A stretch of 64,000 bases of DNA from the NCBI GenBank assembly GCA_017614315.1, contig JAGACA010000009.1, forward strand, positions 99,290-163,289, written 5' to 3'. The position numbers and the translations under genes were made by a program. The number at the start of each line of letters is the position of its first letter. Position 1 is the first letter of the stretch. Positions 26,878 through 36,158 of this stretch are shown piece after piece. The notes below the pieces were generated by a model. It was not told the origin of the DNA, did not search any database, and was given only the letters and a program-made list of their open reading frames with translations. The stretch comes from Clostridia bacterium (GTDB taxonomy: Bacteria > Bacillota > Clostridia > Christensenellales > CAG-138).

Positions 26878-28908
26878 ATGCATTGGTCCTATGAGATAGC
26901 GAAGAAGATAATCGAGCGCCGTCCCGATAAGGAGGAATACGTCTGCGCGGCGGGCATTAGCCCGTCGGGAAGCGTTCACATCGGCAATTTCCGCGACGTC
27001 GCGACGAGCTGGTTCGTCGTGAAGGCGCTCCGCAATATGGGCAAAAAGGCAAAGATGCTCTTCTCGTGGGACGAGTACGACCGCATGAGGAAGGTGCCCG
27101 CGAACGTCGCCGCCGTGACGGACGGGTTCGAGAAGTACATCGGCTGTCCCTACACCGCCGTCCCCAACCCCTTCGGCGACGGCGCGGCGACCTACGCCGA
27201 GCATTTCGAGCGCGAGTTCGAGCCCGCCATGGAGGGCTTCGGCGTGCATATGGACTACCGTCATCAGTCCGAGATGTACGAGAGCGGCAGGTACACCCAG
27301 CAGATAATCCACGCGCTCAGGTGCCGCCGCGAGATATTCGACATACTCGACAGCTTCCGCACGCAGGACGCCAAGGAGGGCGAACGCGACGCGTACGTTC
27401 CCGTCGCCATCTACTGCCCCGTCTGCGGACGCGACACCACGCATATCGACAGCATATCCGACGACTGCACGCACGCGCACTATACCTGCGACTGCGGTCA
27501 CGAGGGCGATTTCGACTTTTTGAACATGCACAACGTAAAGCTCGCGTGGAAGGTCGACTGGGCCATGCGCTGGGCGTACGAGGGCGTCGATTTCGAGCCC
27601 GGCGGCAAGGATCACGCCGCGCCGACCGGCAGCTATCAGACCAGCCGCGTGATCTCGCGCGAGATATTCGGCTATGAGGCGCCTCTCTTCGTCGGCTATG
27701 AGTTCATAGGCATAAAGGGCACGACGGGAAAGATGAGCTCATCGTCCGGCCTTAACCTCACGCCCGATTCGCTCCTGAAGATCTACGATCCCGAGATAAT
27801 ACTCTGGCTGTACGCCAAGACCGAGCCCGCGAAGGCCTTCGATTTCTGCTTTGACGACGGGATCCTCCGACAGTATTTCGAGTTCGACCGCATGTATAAG
27901 GACTTTACCGACGGCAAGACCGACGAGTTCCTTAACGTCGTGATGGACGACTGCCTCATCGAGGGACGCCGTCCCGAGACCGTGCCTATGAGCCTGCTCG
28001 TGCAGTTCGGCTCGATAGTCGATTTCAATATCCCGATGCTCGAGAAGGTGTTCGAGAAGGTCGGCACGCCCTACACATACGACGATTTCAAGGAGAGGCT
28101 GCCCAAGGCGAAGTACTGGCTCGAAAACTGCTCTCCCGAGAGCGTGTATAAGCTCCGTCCGACCCGCAATTTCGAGGTCTACGACGCGCTGACCGAGCCC
28201 GAGAAGCAGGAGATCGCGCGCCTTTACGAGGTATTGAAGGCGGGCGGCTATGACCTTGACGGTCTGCAGACGCTGCTTTACGCCATACCGAAGGCGTTGC
28301 TCCCCGAGAGTGCGGGCGACAAGGAGCTCAAGAACGCGCAGGGCGTGTTCTTCAAGAACGTCTACCGCCTGCTTATCGACAAGGAGCGCGGCCCGAGGCT
28401 GTATCTCTTCCTCTACGCGATAGAGAAGGATTCCTATATGAAGCTGCTCGATTTCTCCTTCCCCAAGACCGAAGACGAGGAGCGCATAGAGCGCGAGGCC
28501 GCCGAGGCCGAGGCAAGGAAGAACGCCGTGCCCGAGAAGAAGATCGAGTTCGGCGAGCCCGATCCCTTCGTGCCCGTAAAGCCCGAGATCGGGATCGACG
28601 CCTTCCTCGTTCCCGATCTTCGCGTCGCGAAGGTCGTGAAGTGCCAGGAGATCAGAAAGTCCCATTCCTGCTATAAGCTTACGCTGTTCGACGGCGAGGG
28701 CGAGCGCGTGATCGTGTCGTCGATAAAGGCATACTACACGCCCGAGGAGCTTGTCGGAAAGAAGCTCATCGTCGTTGCGAACCTCGCCCCCGCGAGGATC
28801 GCCGGCGTGGAGAGCCATGGCATGCTGCTCGCGGCGACGAACAGCGCATGCGGCTGCAAGGTCATATTCGTCGATGATGCCGTCCCCGAGGGAACGATCG
28901 TTAAATAA
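26878..28908 (+). CDS. lysK: class I lysyl-tRNA synthetase fused to a C-terminal Trbp111/EMAP-like tRNA-binding domain
   Basis: MHWSYEIAKKI..., class-I HIGH variant (SVHIGNFRD) and KMSKS variant (KMSSSSG) typical of archaeal-type LysRS. C-terminal LRVAKVVKC...GVESHGMLLAA OB domain. GGAGG RBS before the ATG at 26878. Confidence 0.85.
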   Translation: MHWSYEIAKKIIERRPDKEEYVCAAGISPSGSVHIGNFRDVATSWFVVKALRNMGKKAKMLFSWDEYDRMRKVPANVAAVTDGFEKYIGCPYTAVPNPFGDGAATYAEHFEREFEPAMEGFGVHMDYRHQSEMYESGRYTQQIIHALRCRREIFDILDSFRTQDAKEGERDAYVPVAIYCPVCGRDTTHIDSISDDCTHAHYTCDCGHEGDFDFLNMHNVKLAWKVDWAMRWAYEGVDFEPGGKDHAAPTGSYQTSRVISREIFGYEAPLFVGYEFIGIKGTTGKMSSSSGLNLTPDSLLKIYDPEIILWLYAKTEPAKAFDFCFDDGILRQYFEFDRMYKDFTDGKTDEFLNVVMDDCLIEGRRPETVPMSLLVQFGSIVDFNIPMLEKVFEKVGTPYTYDDFKERLPKAKYWLENCSPESVYKLRPTRNFEVYDALTEPEKQEIARLYEVLKAGGYDLDGLQTLLYAIPKALLPESAGDKELKNAQGVFFKNVYRLLIDKERGPRLYLFLYAIEKDSYMKLLDFSFPKTEDEERIEREAAEAEARKNAVPEKKIEFGEPDPFVPVKPEIGIDAFLVPDLRVAKVVKCQEIRKSHSCYKLTLFDGEGERVIVSSIKAYYTPEELVGKKLIVVANLAPARIAGVESHGMLLAATNSACGCKVIFVDDAVPEGTIVK

Positions 28909-28956
28909 CCCGTCCGAAAGGCCGAAAAGTATCCGCTTTTCGGTCTTTGTTTTCTT

Positions 28957-30345
28957 TTGATGTCAATGAGCGCCGAACAGAAGCATAGGTGGATGACCGG
29001 GACTCCCATACCGAGGCTCGTGACTTCGCTTGCGATCCCGACGACGGTCAGTCAGCTCATAACCATCATCTACAACACAGCCGACACGTATTTCGTGTCG
29101 CACATTTCCACCTCGGCCTCCGCGGCGGTCGGCGTGGCGTTCGCGCTTCAGGCGATAATACAGGCTTTGGGCTTCGGCGTGAGCATGGGCTGCTCGTCCG
29201 TCGTCAGCCGCAAGCTCGGCTCCGAGGATCTCGAGTCCGCCCAGACGTACGCCTCGAGCGCGATCGCGGCTGCGATAGCGATGGGCTTCATACTCCTTGC
29301 CGGCGGGCTCTCGTTTTTGAAGCCGCTTATGCGGCTCCTCGGCTCGACCGATACGATACTCCCCTACGCCTGCGACTACACGAGGATAATACTCATCGGC
29401 GCGCCTGTGATGTGCACGTCGTTCATTTTGAGCGCTATACTCAAATCCGAGGGCGAGGCGCGGCTGTCGATGATCGGCCTCACCTCCGGCGGCATAGTGA
29501 ACATCGCGCTCGATCCCCTGTTCATTTTCGCGTTCAAAATGGGCATCTCCGGCGCGGCGCTCGCGACCGTGATAAGCCAGGGGGTGAGCCTCGTGATACT
29601 CGCCTCCATGTTCCGCGGCAGCCGAAGCATTATCAAGCCCGACGCGAAGAAGATATCGAAGAAGTTCTCCGTTTATTGGGATCTTTTCAGGATCGGCTTC
29701 CCCACCATCTGCCGTCAGGGGCTCGCCTCGGTATCGTCGGCGCTTCTCAATCACGGCGCAGCGGCGTGGGGCGGAGCGTATCCAGACGCGGCCGTCGCCG
29801 CCGTCACGATCTCCAACAAGATCTATATGCTCGTCCGCAGCGTCATTATAGGCATAGGTCAGGGCTTTCAGCCCGTCGCGGGATACAATTACGGCGCAGG
29901 GCTTTATAAGCGCGTGAAGAAGGCGTTCTGGTTCGCGACGGCTGCCGGCACGGCGCTCTGCCTCGTATGCGCCGTATCGATCGGCTTCAGCGCTCCGGTC
30001 GTGATGCGCTGGTTCCGCAACGACGACAAGGTCGTCGAGATAGGCGCGGTCGCTTTGAGGTTCGCCTGCGCGGTCATGCCGCTCCTCGCGTATTCCACTT
30101 TCGTGAATCAGCTCTATCAGTGCCTCGGCTTCAGCGTGCCCGCGACGATCCTCGCCTCGTGCCGCCAGGGGATATTTTTCATCCCGATAATACTCATCGT
30201 CCCGAGGCTCATAGGCCTTACGGGCGTTCAGCTGACCCAGCCCGCGGCGGATCTTCTGACCTGCCTCGTGTCGATACCCTTCCATATCGTGTTCTTCAAG
30301 CGCGTGCTCGACCGTCCGCCCGAGCCGCGGGTATCGATGGAATGA
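28957..30345 (+). CDS. MATE family efflux transporter
   Basis: 12-TM protein with a MatE-type N-terminus (IPRLVTSLAIPTTVSQLITIIYNTADTYFVS). The exact start among the first Met codons is uncertain. Confidence 0.85.
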   Translation: MMSMSAEQKHRWMTGTPIPRLVTSLAIPTTVSQLITIIYNTADTYFVSHISTSASAAVGVAFALQAIIQALGFGVSMGCSSVVSRKLGSEDLESAQTYASSAIAAAIAMGFILLAGGLSFLKPLMRLLGSTDTILPYACDYTRIILIGAPVMCTSFILSAILKSEGEARLSMIGLTSGGIVNIALDPLFIFAFKMGISGAALATVISQGVSLVILASMFRGSRSIIKPDAKKISKKFSVYWDLFRIGFPTICRQGLASVSSALLNHGAAAWGGAYPDAAVAAVTISNKIYMLVRSVIIGIGQGFQPVAGYNYGAGLYKRVKKAFWFATAAGTALCLVCAVSIGFSAPVVMRWFRNDDKVVEIGAVALRFACAVMPLLAYSTFVNQLYQCLGFSVPATILASCRQGIFFIPIILIVPRLIGLTGVQLTQPAADLLTCLVSIPFHIVFFKRVLDRPPEPRVSME

Positions 30346-30420
30346 TCTTCCTTTTCCCCGAAAGTTGACACAATGGCCTTAAGGCTTTATAATCCAAATA
30401 TAAAACCGTGGAGGTGTCCC

Positions 30421-31314
30421 GTGAAAACAAGACGCATACTTGCCGCTTTCGTCGCCGCGCTTTTGGCCGTGCTGACCGTTTCTTCCGCGTTCGCGGCGCC
30501 GGTTTCCGGCACAAAATACGCCACCCCAAATGGGTTGAACGACAACGACTATCAGAAGCTCGTCGCGTTTCTCGAGACCGCCGACGGCGACGGAGTCAAG
30601 AACGGCTTCAAGCTCAATCCCGATTACGATCCCGAGGACGTCATGTCCTGGGCGGGGGTCATGTGGACGGGCGACGAGGACGACCGCATCGGCTGGCTGT
30701 TCCTCGGCGATAACGGCCTTGTCGGATCGCTCGACCTCTCGGGGTTCGCCATGCTCGAACATCTCGACTGCTCGGGGAACATGCTCACCGAGCTAACGCT
30801 CACGGGCTGTCTCTCGCTCGAATACCTTGCAACCGCGGGCAACCATTTCACCTCTCTCGACCTCACAGGCCCCGCGGCGCTCCCGTGCTTTAAGAAGCTC
30901 GCGGCAGTCGGCTCCGGCGCGGTGGAGGCCGCGTTCCAGCTGGGCGGCTGGTTCTATGCGACCGTCACCGCCGTTCCCGACGCGGGCTCCGCTTTCGCAG
31001 GATGGTACTCCGTTTCTGACGGCACGCTCGTTTCGTCCGAGCCGTCGATCACCGTTGATCCCGACGTCCTGATGAGCGGCGATCCGCTCCCCGACATGTC
31101 CGACATCGAGGCGCGTTTCGTCATCATCGGCGACGCCGACGGGAACGGCCATGTCGAGGCGACCGACGCGCTGCTCGTTCTGAGGATGGCGATGGGCATA
31201 ATCGATACTCCCGCCGACACGACCGCGTTCGACGCCGACGGGAACGGCTCCGTCGAGGCGACCGACGCGCTCCTCATACTGAGGTTCGCGATGGGGATAA
31301 TCACGGAGTTCTGA
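30421..31314 (+). CDS. secreted leucine-rich-repeat protein with C-terminal type-I dockerin
   Basis: GTG start with GGAGG RBS, giving VKTRRILAAFVAALLAVLTVSSAFA. LRR units (LDLSGFAMLEHLDCSGNMLTELTLTG...). Duplicated Ca-binding dockerin segments DADGNGHVEATDALLVLR / DADGNGSVEATDALLILR. Confidence 0.8.
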   Translation: MKTRRILAAFVAALLAVLTVSSAFAAPVSGTKYATPNGLNDNDYQKLVAFLETADGDGVKNGFKLNPDYDPEDVMSWAGVMWTGDEDDRIGWLFLGDNGLVGSLDLSGFAMLEHLDCSGNMLTELTLTGCLSLEYLATAGNHFTSLDLTGPAALPCFKKLAAVGSGAVEAAFQLGGWFYATVTAVPDAGSAFAGWYSVSDGTLVSSEPSITVDPDVLMSGDPLPDMSDIEARFVIIGDADGNGHVEATDALLVLRMAMGIIDTPADTTAFDADGNGSVEATDALLILRFAMGIITEF

Positions 31315-31460
31315 TAATCATGAGATCAAAGGGGCAGACGATCGAAGGGTGCATTCACTTAAGGAGATGCTCCCGAACGCCTGTCTCTTTTTTTTGTTGA
31401 AACGGGCGGCCGGGTATGATATAATATCTTTCAGTGATAATACTTCAAGGAGGCGCGAAC

Positions 31461-32102
31461 ATGAATCCTACCACATGGGACGTCAGCTGCAAGAGCAACA
31501 AAAATATTAAGCTCAATATCTCCATCGGGCATTTTGCTACCAGTCATTCTCATATCGACCATTACATGGGATTGACCGAGATGCGCACCAACTGCCACGC
31601 GGCCATGCTCTGCGCCCGTGAGCTTGCGAAGTTCTATACGCTTACCAAGCCCATCGACACGATCATCTGTCTTGAATACACCCAGGTCATCGGCTCGTAC
31701 GTCGCGACCCTGCTCACCGAGCCGGGCTCGAGGGGCGTTAACGAGCGTCACCAGATAAACGTCATCACGCCCGAATCGAACTCCTCCGGTCAGCTGGTGT
31801 TCTCGGGCGATGTGCAGGATCTCGTGCAGAACAGGTCGGTGCTCGTTCTCATCTCCACCGTCTCCACCGGCAGGAGCCTTGAGCGCGCGCTCGAATGCAT
31901 CACATATTACGGCGGACATCTTGTGGGCGTCGCGGCGCTGTTCTCCGCCGTCGAAAAGGCCGTCGGCGTGGAGATCCATTCCCTCTTCTCCCCGGCGGAC
32001 GTTCCCGAGTATCATTCCTATCAGTCGTCCGAGTGTCCCTACTGCAAGAAGGGCAGGAAGCTCGACGGGCTCGTAAACGCCGCGGGACTTACAAGGATAT
32101 AA
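31461..32102 (+). CDS. phosphoribosyltransferase-fold protein with degenerate PRPP loop and C-terminal CxxC
   Basis: AAGGAGG RBS before the ATG at 31461. PRT-type core VLVLISTVSTGRS lacks the acidic pair seen in xpt (ILIVDDFMANG). C-terminal ECPYCKKG. Confidence 0.6.
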   Translation: MNPTTWDVSCKSNKNIKLNISIGHFATSHSHIDHYMGLTEMRTNCHAAMLCARELAKFYTLTKPIDTIICLEYTQVIGSYVATLLTEPGSRGVNERHQINVITPESNSSGQLVFSGDVQDLVQNRSVLVLISTVSTGRSLERALECITYYGGHLVGVAALFSAVEKAVGVEIHSLFSPADVPEYHSYQSSECPYCKKGRKLDGLVNAAGLTRI

Positions 32103-32156
32103 CCGTATCAGCGGGGCAGTCGTTCGGGTTGCCCCGATCTTTATTAGGAGGTTCGA

Positions 32157-32729
32157 ATGAACATTCTTAAGGAGCGCATACTTAAAGAGGGCAAGGTGCT
32201 TCCCGGCGATATAATCAAGGTCGACGGTTTCATGAACCATCGCGTCGACATAAAGCTCATGCGCGAGCTCGCGAAGGATATTGCCGCCCATTTTTCCGGA
32301 CGTGAGATCACCAAAGTTATGACGGTCGAGGCAAGCGGCATACCCATGGCGACGATCACCGCCGACGAGCTGGGCGTCCCCCTTGTCTTTGCGAAGAAGG
32401 CCAAAAGCGACAATATCGAGGGCGGCCTCATCTGCTCCGAGATACACTCCTATACCTATAACAAAAAGGTCACGCTCATGGTCTCGGCCGAGTGGCTTCA
32501 TCCCGAGGACAAGATACTGATCGTCGACGACTTCATGGCGAACGGCGAAGCGATCCGCGGACTTACCGAGATAGTCGAAAAGGCGGGCGCGGAGCTCGTC
32601 GGGATCGGCATCGCGATCGAAAAGGGCTTCCAGGGCGGCGGCGACAGGCTCCGCGCGCGGGGCATAGACGTGTATTCCCTGGCGGTGATCGAGCATGCCG
32701 AGCCCGGGAACATCGTTTTCAGAAACTGA
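32157..32729 (+). CDS. xpt: xanthine phosphoribosyltransferase
   Basis: MNILKERILKEGKVLPGDIIKVDGFMNHRVD is a typical Xpt N-terminus. PRPP motif KILIVDDFMANGEA. 190 aa. Confidence 0.9.
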   Translation: MNILKERILKEGKVLPGDIIKVDGFMNHRVDIKLMRELAKDIAAHFSGREITKVMTVEASGIPMATITADELGVPLVFAKKAKSDNIEGGLICSEIHSYTYNKKVTLMVSAEWLHPEDKILIVDDFMANGEAIRGLTEIVEKAGAELVGIGIAIEKGFQGGGDRLRARGIDVYSLAVIEHAEPGNIVFRN

Positions 32730-32754
32730 ATTCTTCCTCCATCACAGCATAAAA

Positions 32755-32787
32755 GGGCGCGCGGATCGTATCCGCGCGTCCTTTATT
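32755..32787 (+). terminator. intrinsic terminator after xpt
   Basis: GGGCGCGCGGA-TCGTA-TCCGCGCGTCC followed by TTTATT. Confidence 0.7.
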
Positions 32788-32871
32788 CCGGTCGCGGGAT
32801 GTGAATATTCGATATTGAAAAAAAAGACCGATTATTGTAAAATACATAAAACCCCGAAAAGGAACGTTTAT

Positions 32872-34392
32872 ATGGAAAGAATCGTCATACTCAATTTCGG
32901 AGCCCAGTATAATCAGCTCATCGCAAGGCGCGTCCGCGAGCAGGGCGTTTATTCCGAGCTCCTTCCGCCCATGTCCTCCATCGAGAGGATAAAGGGCGAC
33001 GGTCTCTCCGGCATAATACTCTCCGGAAGCCCCGACAGCGTATACGACGAAGCCGGCAGGAAATGCGATCCCGCGGTTTTCTCGCTCGGCGTGCCTGTGC
33101 TCGGCATCTGCTACGGCATGCAGCTGATGACGTATTTGCTCGGCGGCGAGGTCAAAAAGGCACCCGTCCGCGAATATGCGGGCGTGCACGCGAATTTCGG
33201 TAATAGCCCCCTGTTCAAAGACATGCCCGATTCCACCGTGTGGATGAGCCATAACGACATGGTCACGAGGCTCCCCGAAGGCTTCGAGGCTGTCGCCTCG
33301 ACCAAGGACTGCCCCAACGCGGCGATGCAGAACGAAGGCCGCCGGCTCTTCGCGGTGCAGTTCCATCCCGAGGTCGCTCACACCGAGTACTGCGCGAAGT
33401 TCTTCTCGAACTTCGTTCACGGCGTGTGCGGCTGTAAGGGCGGCTGGAGCCCCGAAGGGCTCGTGAACGAGCTCGTCGAGGACATAAAAAAGCGCGTCGG
33501 GGACCGCCGCGTGGTCGCCGGTCTCTCCGGCGGCGTCGATTCGTCCGTCGCGGCGGCGCTCGTATCGAAAGCCGTGGGCGATAAGCTGACCTGCATATTC
33601 GTCGATCACGGCCTTTTGAGGAAGAACGAGGCCGACGAGGTCATGCATTTCTACCGTGAAAACATGGGGCTCAACGTCATCGAGGTCGACGCGAAGGCGC
33701 TGTTCCTCGAAAAACTCGCAGGGGTCGCCGAGCCCGAAAAGAAGCGCAAGATAATCGGCGAAAGCTTCGTCCGCGTCTTCGAGAGCGAGGCAAAGAAGAT
33801 CGGCGGCGCGGAGCTTTTGCTTCAGGGCACTATCTACCCCGACGTCATCGAGTCCGGCGCCGGCGGCGCGAGCGTCATAAAGAGCCATCACAACGTGGGC
33901 GGTCTGCCCGAGAAATTCGGCTTTGAGCTTTTAGAGCCCCTGCGCCCGTTCTTCAAGGACGAGGTTCGCGCGATAGGCGAGGCGCTCGGCATGCCGAAGG
34001 AGCTCGTCTGGCGTCAGCCCTTCCCCGGCCCCGGCCTCGGAATACGCGTCATCGGCGACATAACCGAGGAGAAGCTTTCGATACTCCGCGAATCCGACTG
34101 GATACTCCGCGACGAGATCAAAAAAGCCGGCCTCGATAAGAAGATCTGGCAGTACTTCACCGTATTCACCGGCATGCGCTCCGTCGGCGTCATGGGCGAC
34201 AGCCGCACCTACGACTACGCGATAGGCGTGCGCGCCGTGGTCTCCACCGACGCGATGACGGTCGAGTTCGCCGACATCCCCGCGCACGTCCTCCGCCGCA
34301 TTTCGAACCGAATAATCGCCGAAGTCCCCCACGTCAACCGCGTGGTCTACGACATAACGGATAAACCCCCGGGAACGATAGAATGGGAATAG
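32872..34392 (+). CDS. guaA: glutamine-hydrolysing GMP synthase
   Basis: GATase domain (ICYGMQ, FHPE), ATP-PPase P-loop SGGVDSS, C-terminal dimerisation domain ending PPGTIEWE. Start at MERIVILNFGAQY. Confidence 0.95.
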   Translation: MERIVILNFGAQYNQLIARRVREQGVYSELLPPMSSIERIKGDGLSGIILSGSPDSVYDEAGRKCDPAVFSLGVPVLGICYGMQLMTYLLGGEVKKAPVREYAGVHANFGNSPLFKDMPDSTVWMSHNDMVTRLPEGFEAVASTKDCPNAAMQNEGRRLFAVQFHPEVAHTEYCAKFFSNFVHGVCGCKGGWSPEGLVNELVEDIKKRVGDRRVVAGLSGGVDSSVAAALVSKAVGDKLTCIFVDHGLLRKNEADEVMHFYRENMGLNVIEVDAKALFLEKLAGVAEPEKKRKIIGESFVRVFESEAKKIGGAELLLQGTIYPDVIESGAGGASVIKSHHNVGGLPEKFGFELLEPLRPFFKDEVRAIGEALGMPKELVWRQPFPGPGLGIRVIGDITEEKLSILRESDWILRDEIKKAGLDKKIWQYFTVFTGMRSVGVMGDSRTYDYAIGVRAVVSTDAMTVEFADIPAHVLRRISNRIIAEVPHVNRVVYDITDKPPGTIEWE

Positions 34393-34405
34393 TTTTCAAG
34401 AGGAT

Positions 34406-34720
34406 TTGTGGTTAAGAAAGAAGCCAAAAACCCCTGTAAATAGGCGATTTTTGAACATTGATTCCGTTTCAAACGGAATCGTGATACGAATTCACCTTAA
34501 AGGTACTAAGGAGCTTTGCGAAGCATCCATGCTCAAAAAGGTCTGGATGCAGGGCGGCAATCTATACGGGCTCGCGCGAAACGACCCGGAGGGCGGCTAC
34601 TTCAGTTTCAAGCTGCTGCCGATCGGAGAGAATACCTTCGGCAGAGCGGATGGCTCGGTTAAGATCACGTTCGGCGAAAATTGCCTCGTCATCGACGGTG
34701 TCACCTGCAAAAAGCTGTAA
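34406..34720 (+). CDS. hypothetical small protein (possibly a remnant; start uncertain, alternative ATG at 34529)
   Basis: ORF-track ORF only. The 5-prime part is AT-rich and non-coding-like. I recognise no motif. Confidence 0.3.
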   Translation: MWLRKKPKTPVNRRFLNIDSVSNGIVIRIHLKGTKELCEASMLKKVWMQGGNLYGLARNDPEGGYFSFKLLPIGENTFGRADGSVKITFGENCLVIDGVTCKKL

Positions 34721-34764
34721 GCGGCCTGCTTCCCGACCGATTCTTTACAGGAGGTCTTCATCAA

Positions 34765-35808
34765 ATGGAATTGGACGTATTGTATCATCAGGTGAAAGAG
34801 TCTGTTTCGTCGCTCGATCATAACAGGATCTGGCCGGGATTCAAGCCTTTGAGATTCGCTTTGTATGACGATAAGCGCTGCTATTTCGACGGACAATGGG
34901 TCGAAAAGACCGACGCCTTCTGCGCGAACACATCCATAGTTTTTAATGGCGAGCAGATCGCGATCTGGATGGTGCAGGAGGAGCTCAAGCCCTCCGTTCT
35001 GGCCTCGAAGCTCGTCCACGAGATGTTCCACGGCTATCAGAACATGACGGGAGTTATGCTGAACGCGCCGAACGAGTTCGAAGCCCTGTTCCGGTATAAA
35101 TACGACGCCGAAAACCTGAGCCTCAAGCTGCGAGAAAACGAGCTCCTGCTGGAGCTTATGGATCAGTTCGACGAAGACAAGCTCGCGGAACTGCTCGCGC
35201 ACAGGAAGCTGAGGAGCGAGCTGTTTCCGTACGAATTCGCTTACGAAACCAAAGAGGAGGAGATCGAGGGCGCCGCGAACTACGTCGAGTGGCAGGTTTT
35301 GAAACAGCTGGACGAAAGCGCGGCCGACGCGCTGACCGCGCGTATGCGCGAGATGATGACAAAGCCCGAGTTCCTGTTTCCCATCAGGATCTCCTGCTAC
35401 TATACCGGCGCGCTGATGATAAACGCCCTGCTCGCCGCGGGCATGTACGGCTTCGAGCCCTCCGTGCGCTCCGTCCTTCTTTCCGTGCTTGACGATATCG
35501 CTCCTTCATGCGGCGATCTCCCGGATAAAGAAGCGCTTAAAAGCGCGGCGGAGAGCGCGGTAAAGGCGTTTAACAAGAAGACGGACGAGATCATCCGGTC
35601 GGCTCTCGAGAACGGTCAGGTGGTATTGAACGGCCCGGCCGAGCTCAAGGGCGTGAACGTCTACAACGCGAGATGCCTGAACGGGTTTATTACGTCGACA
35701 TACTTTTTGATGTACAACGACGGCGCGGAGGATAAGATGCTTTTCGGGGATTTCGTCATAGAGATGCAGGACGAAAAGACCATTGCCCGCGCGTACCGCT
35801 GGCTGTGA
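34765..35808 (+). CDS. hypothetical cytoplasmic protein with HExxH...E motif (putative gluzincin-type metallopeptidase)
   Basis: AGGAGG RBS. LVHEMFHGYQ (HExxH) and downstream EEIEGAANYVE. No signal peptide. Confidence 0.55.
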   Translation: MELDVLYHQVKESVSSLDHNRIWPGFKPLRFALYDDKRCYFDGQWVEKTDAFCANTSIVFNGEQIAIWMVQEELKPSVLASKLVHEMFHGYQNMTGVMLNAPNEFEALFRYKYDAENLSLKLRENELLLELMDQFDEDKLAELLAHRKLRSELFPYEFAYETKEEEIEGAANYVEWQVLKQLDESAADALTARMREMMTKPEFLFPIRISCYYTGALMINALLAAGMYGFEPSVRSVLLSVLDDIAPSCGDLPDKEALKSAAESAVKAFNKKTDEIIRSALENGQVVLNGPAELKGVNVYNARCLNGFITSTYFLMYNDGAEDKMLFGDFVIEMQDEKTIARAYRWL

Positions 35809-36025
35809 GAAAAAAGGACGATCCGGTTAAAGGCCAATGTCATTATTCGGAGAACGAACAAAAGTCCGGGACCAGGCAGGTGTTCTGTTCCGTTGAGGAA
35901 GCTTTGAAAAAGAAGGGGTTCGGGCGTGGAATCAGAGGGAGTACAGGACGCTTTTGCTGATACGCGATCATCTGTCGCGGACGCAGGATGATCAAGATCG
36001 TCAGGATCGTATTTGAGGAGGCCAA

Positions 36026-36106
36026 ATGCTGCCCGTTATTTTTCTTGCCGTCGCCGCGGCGGTAGTTCATCTGAACACGGGAAACAGGTTCAAAAAGACG
36101 AAATAA
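36026..36106 (+). CDS. candidate 26-aa small hydrophobic/basic peptide (MLPVIFLAVAAAVVHLNTGNRFKKTK)
   Basis: Found by eye. GAGGAGG RBS 5 nt upstream of the ATG. Followed by a strong intrinsic terminator at 36159-36195. Below the ORF-track length cutoff. Confidence 0.3.
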   Translation: MLPVIFLAVAAAVVHLNTGNRFKKTK

Positions 36107-36158
36107 AAGACACGATCGATCCGGGCTGCGGATAAGCAGTTTAAGGATCAACGCCTCA

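Noticed and set aside
31315-31460. Purine/guanine riboswitch expected ahead of the xpt-guaA region. I also checked 32103-32156 and 32730-32871.
   Set aside because: I could not find the three-way-junction core sequence pattern by eye. A covariance-model scan is still needed for a definitive negative.
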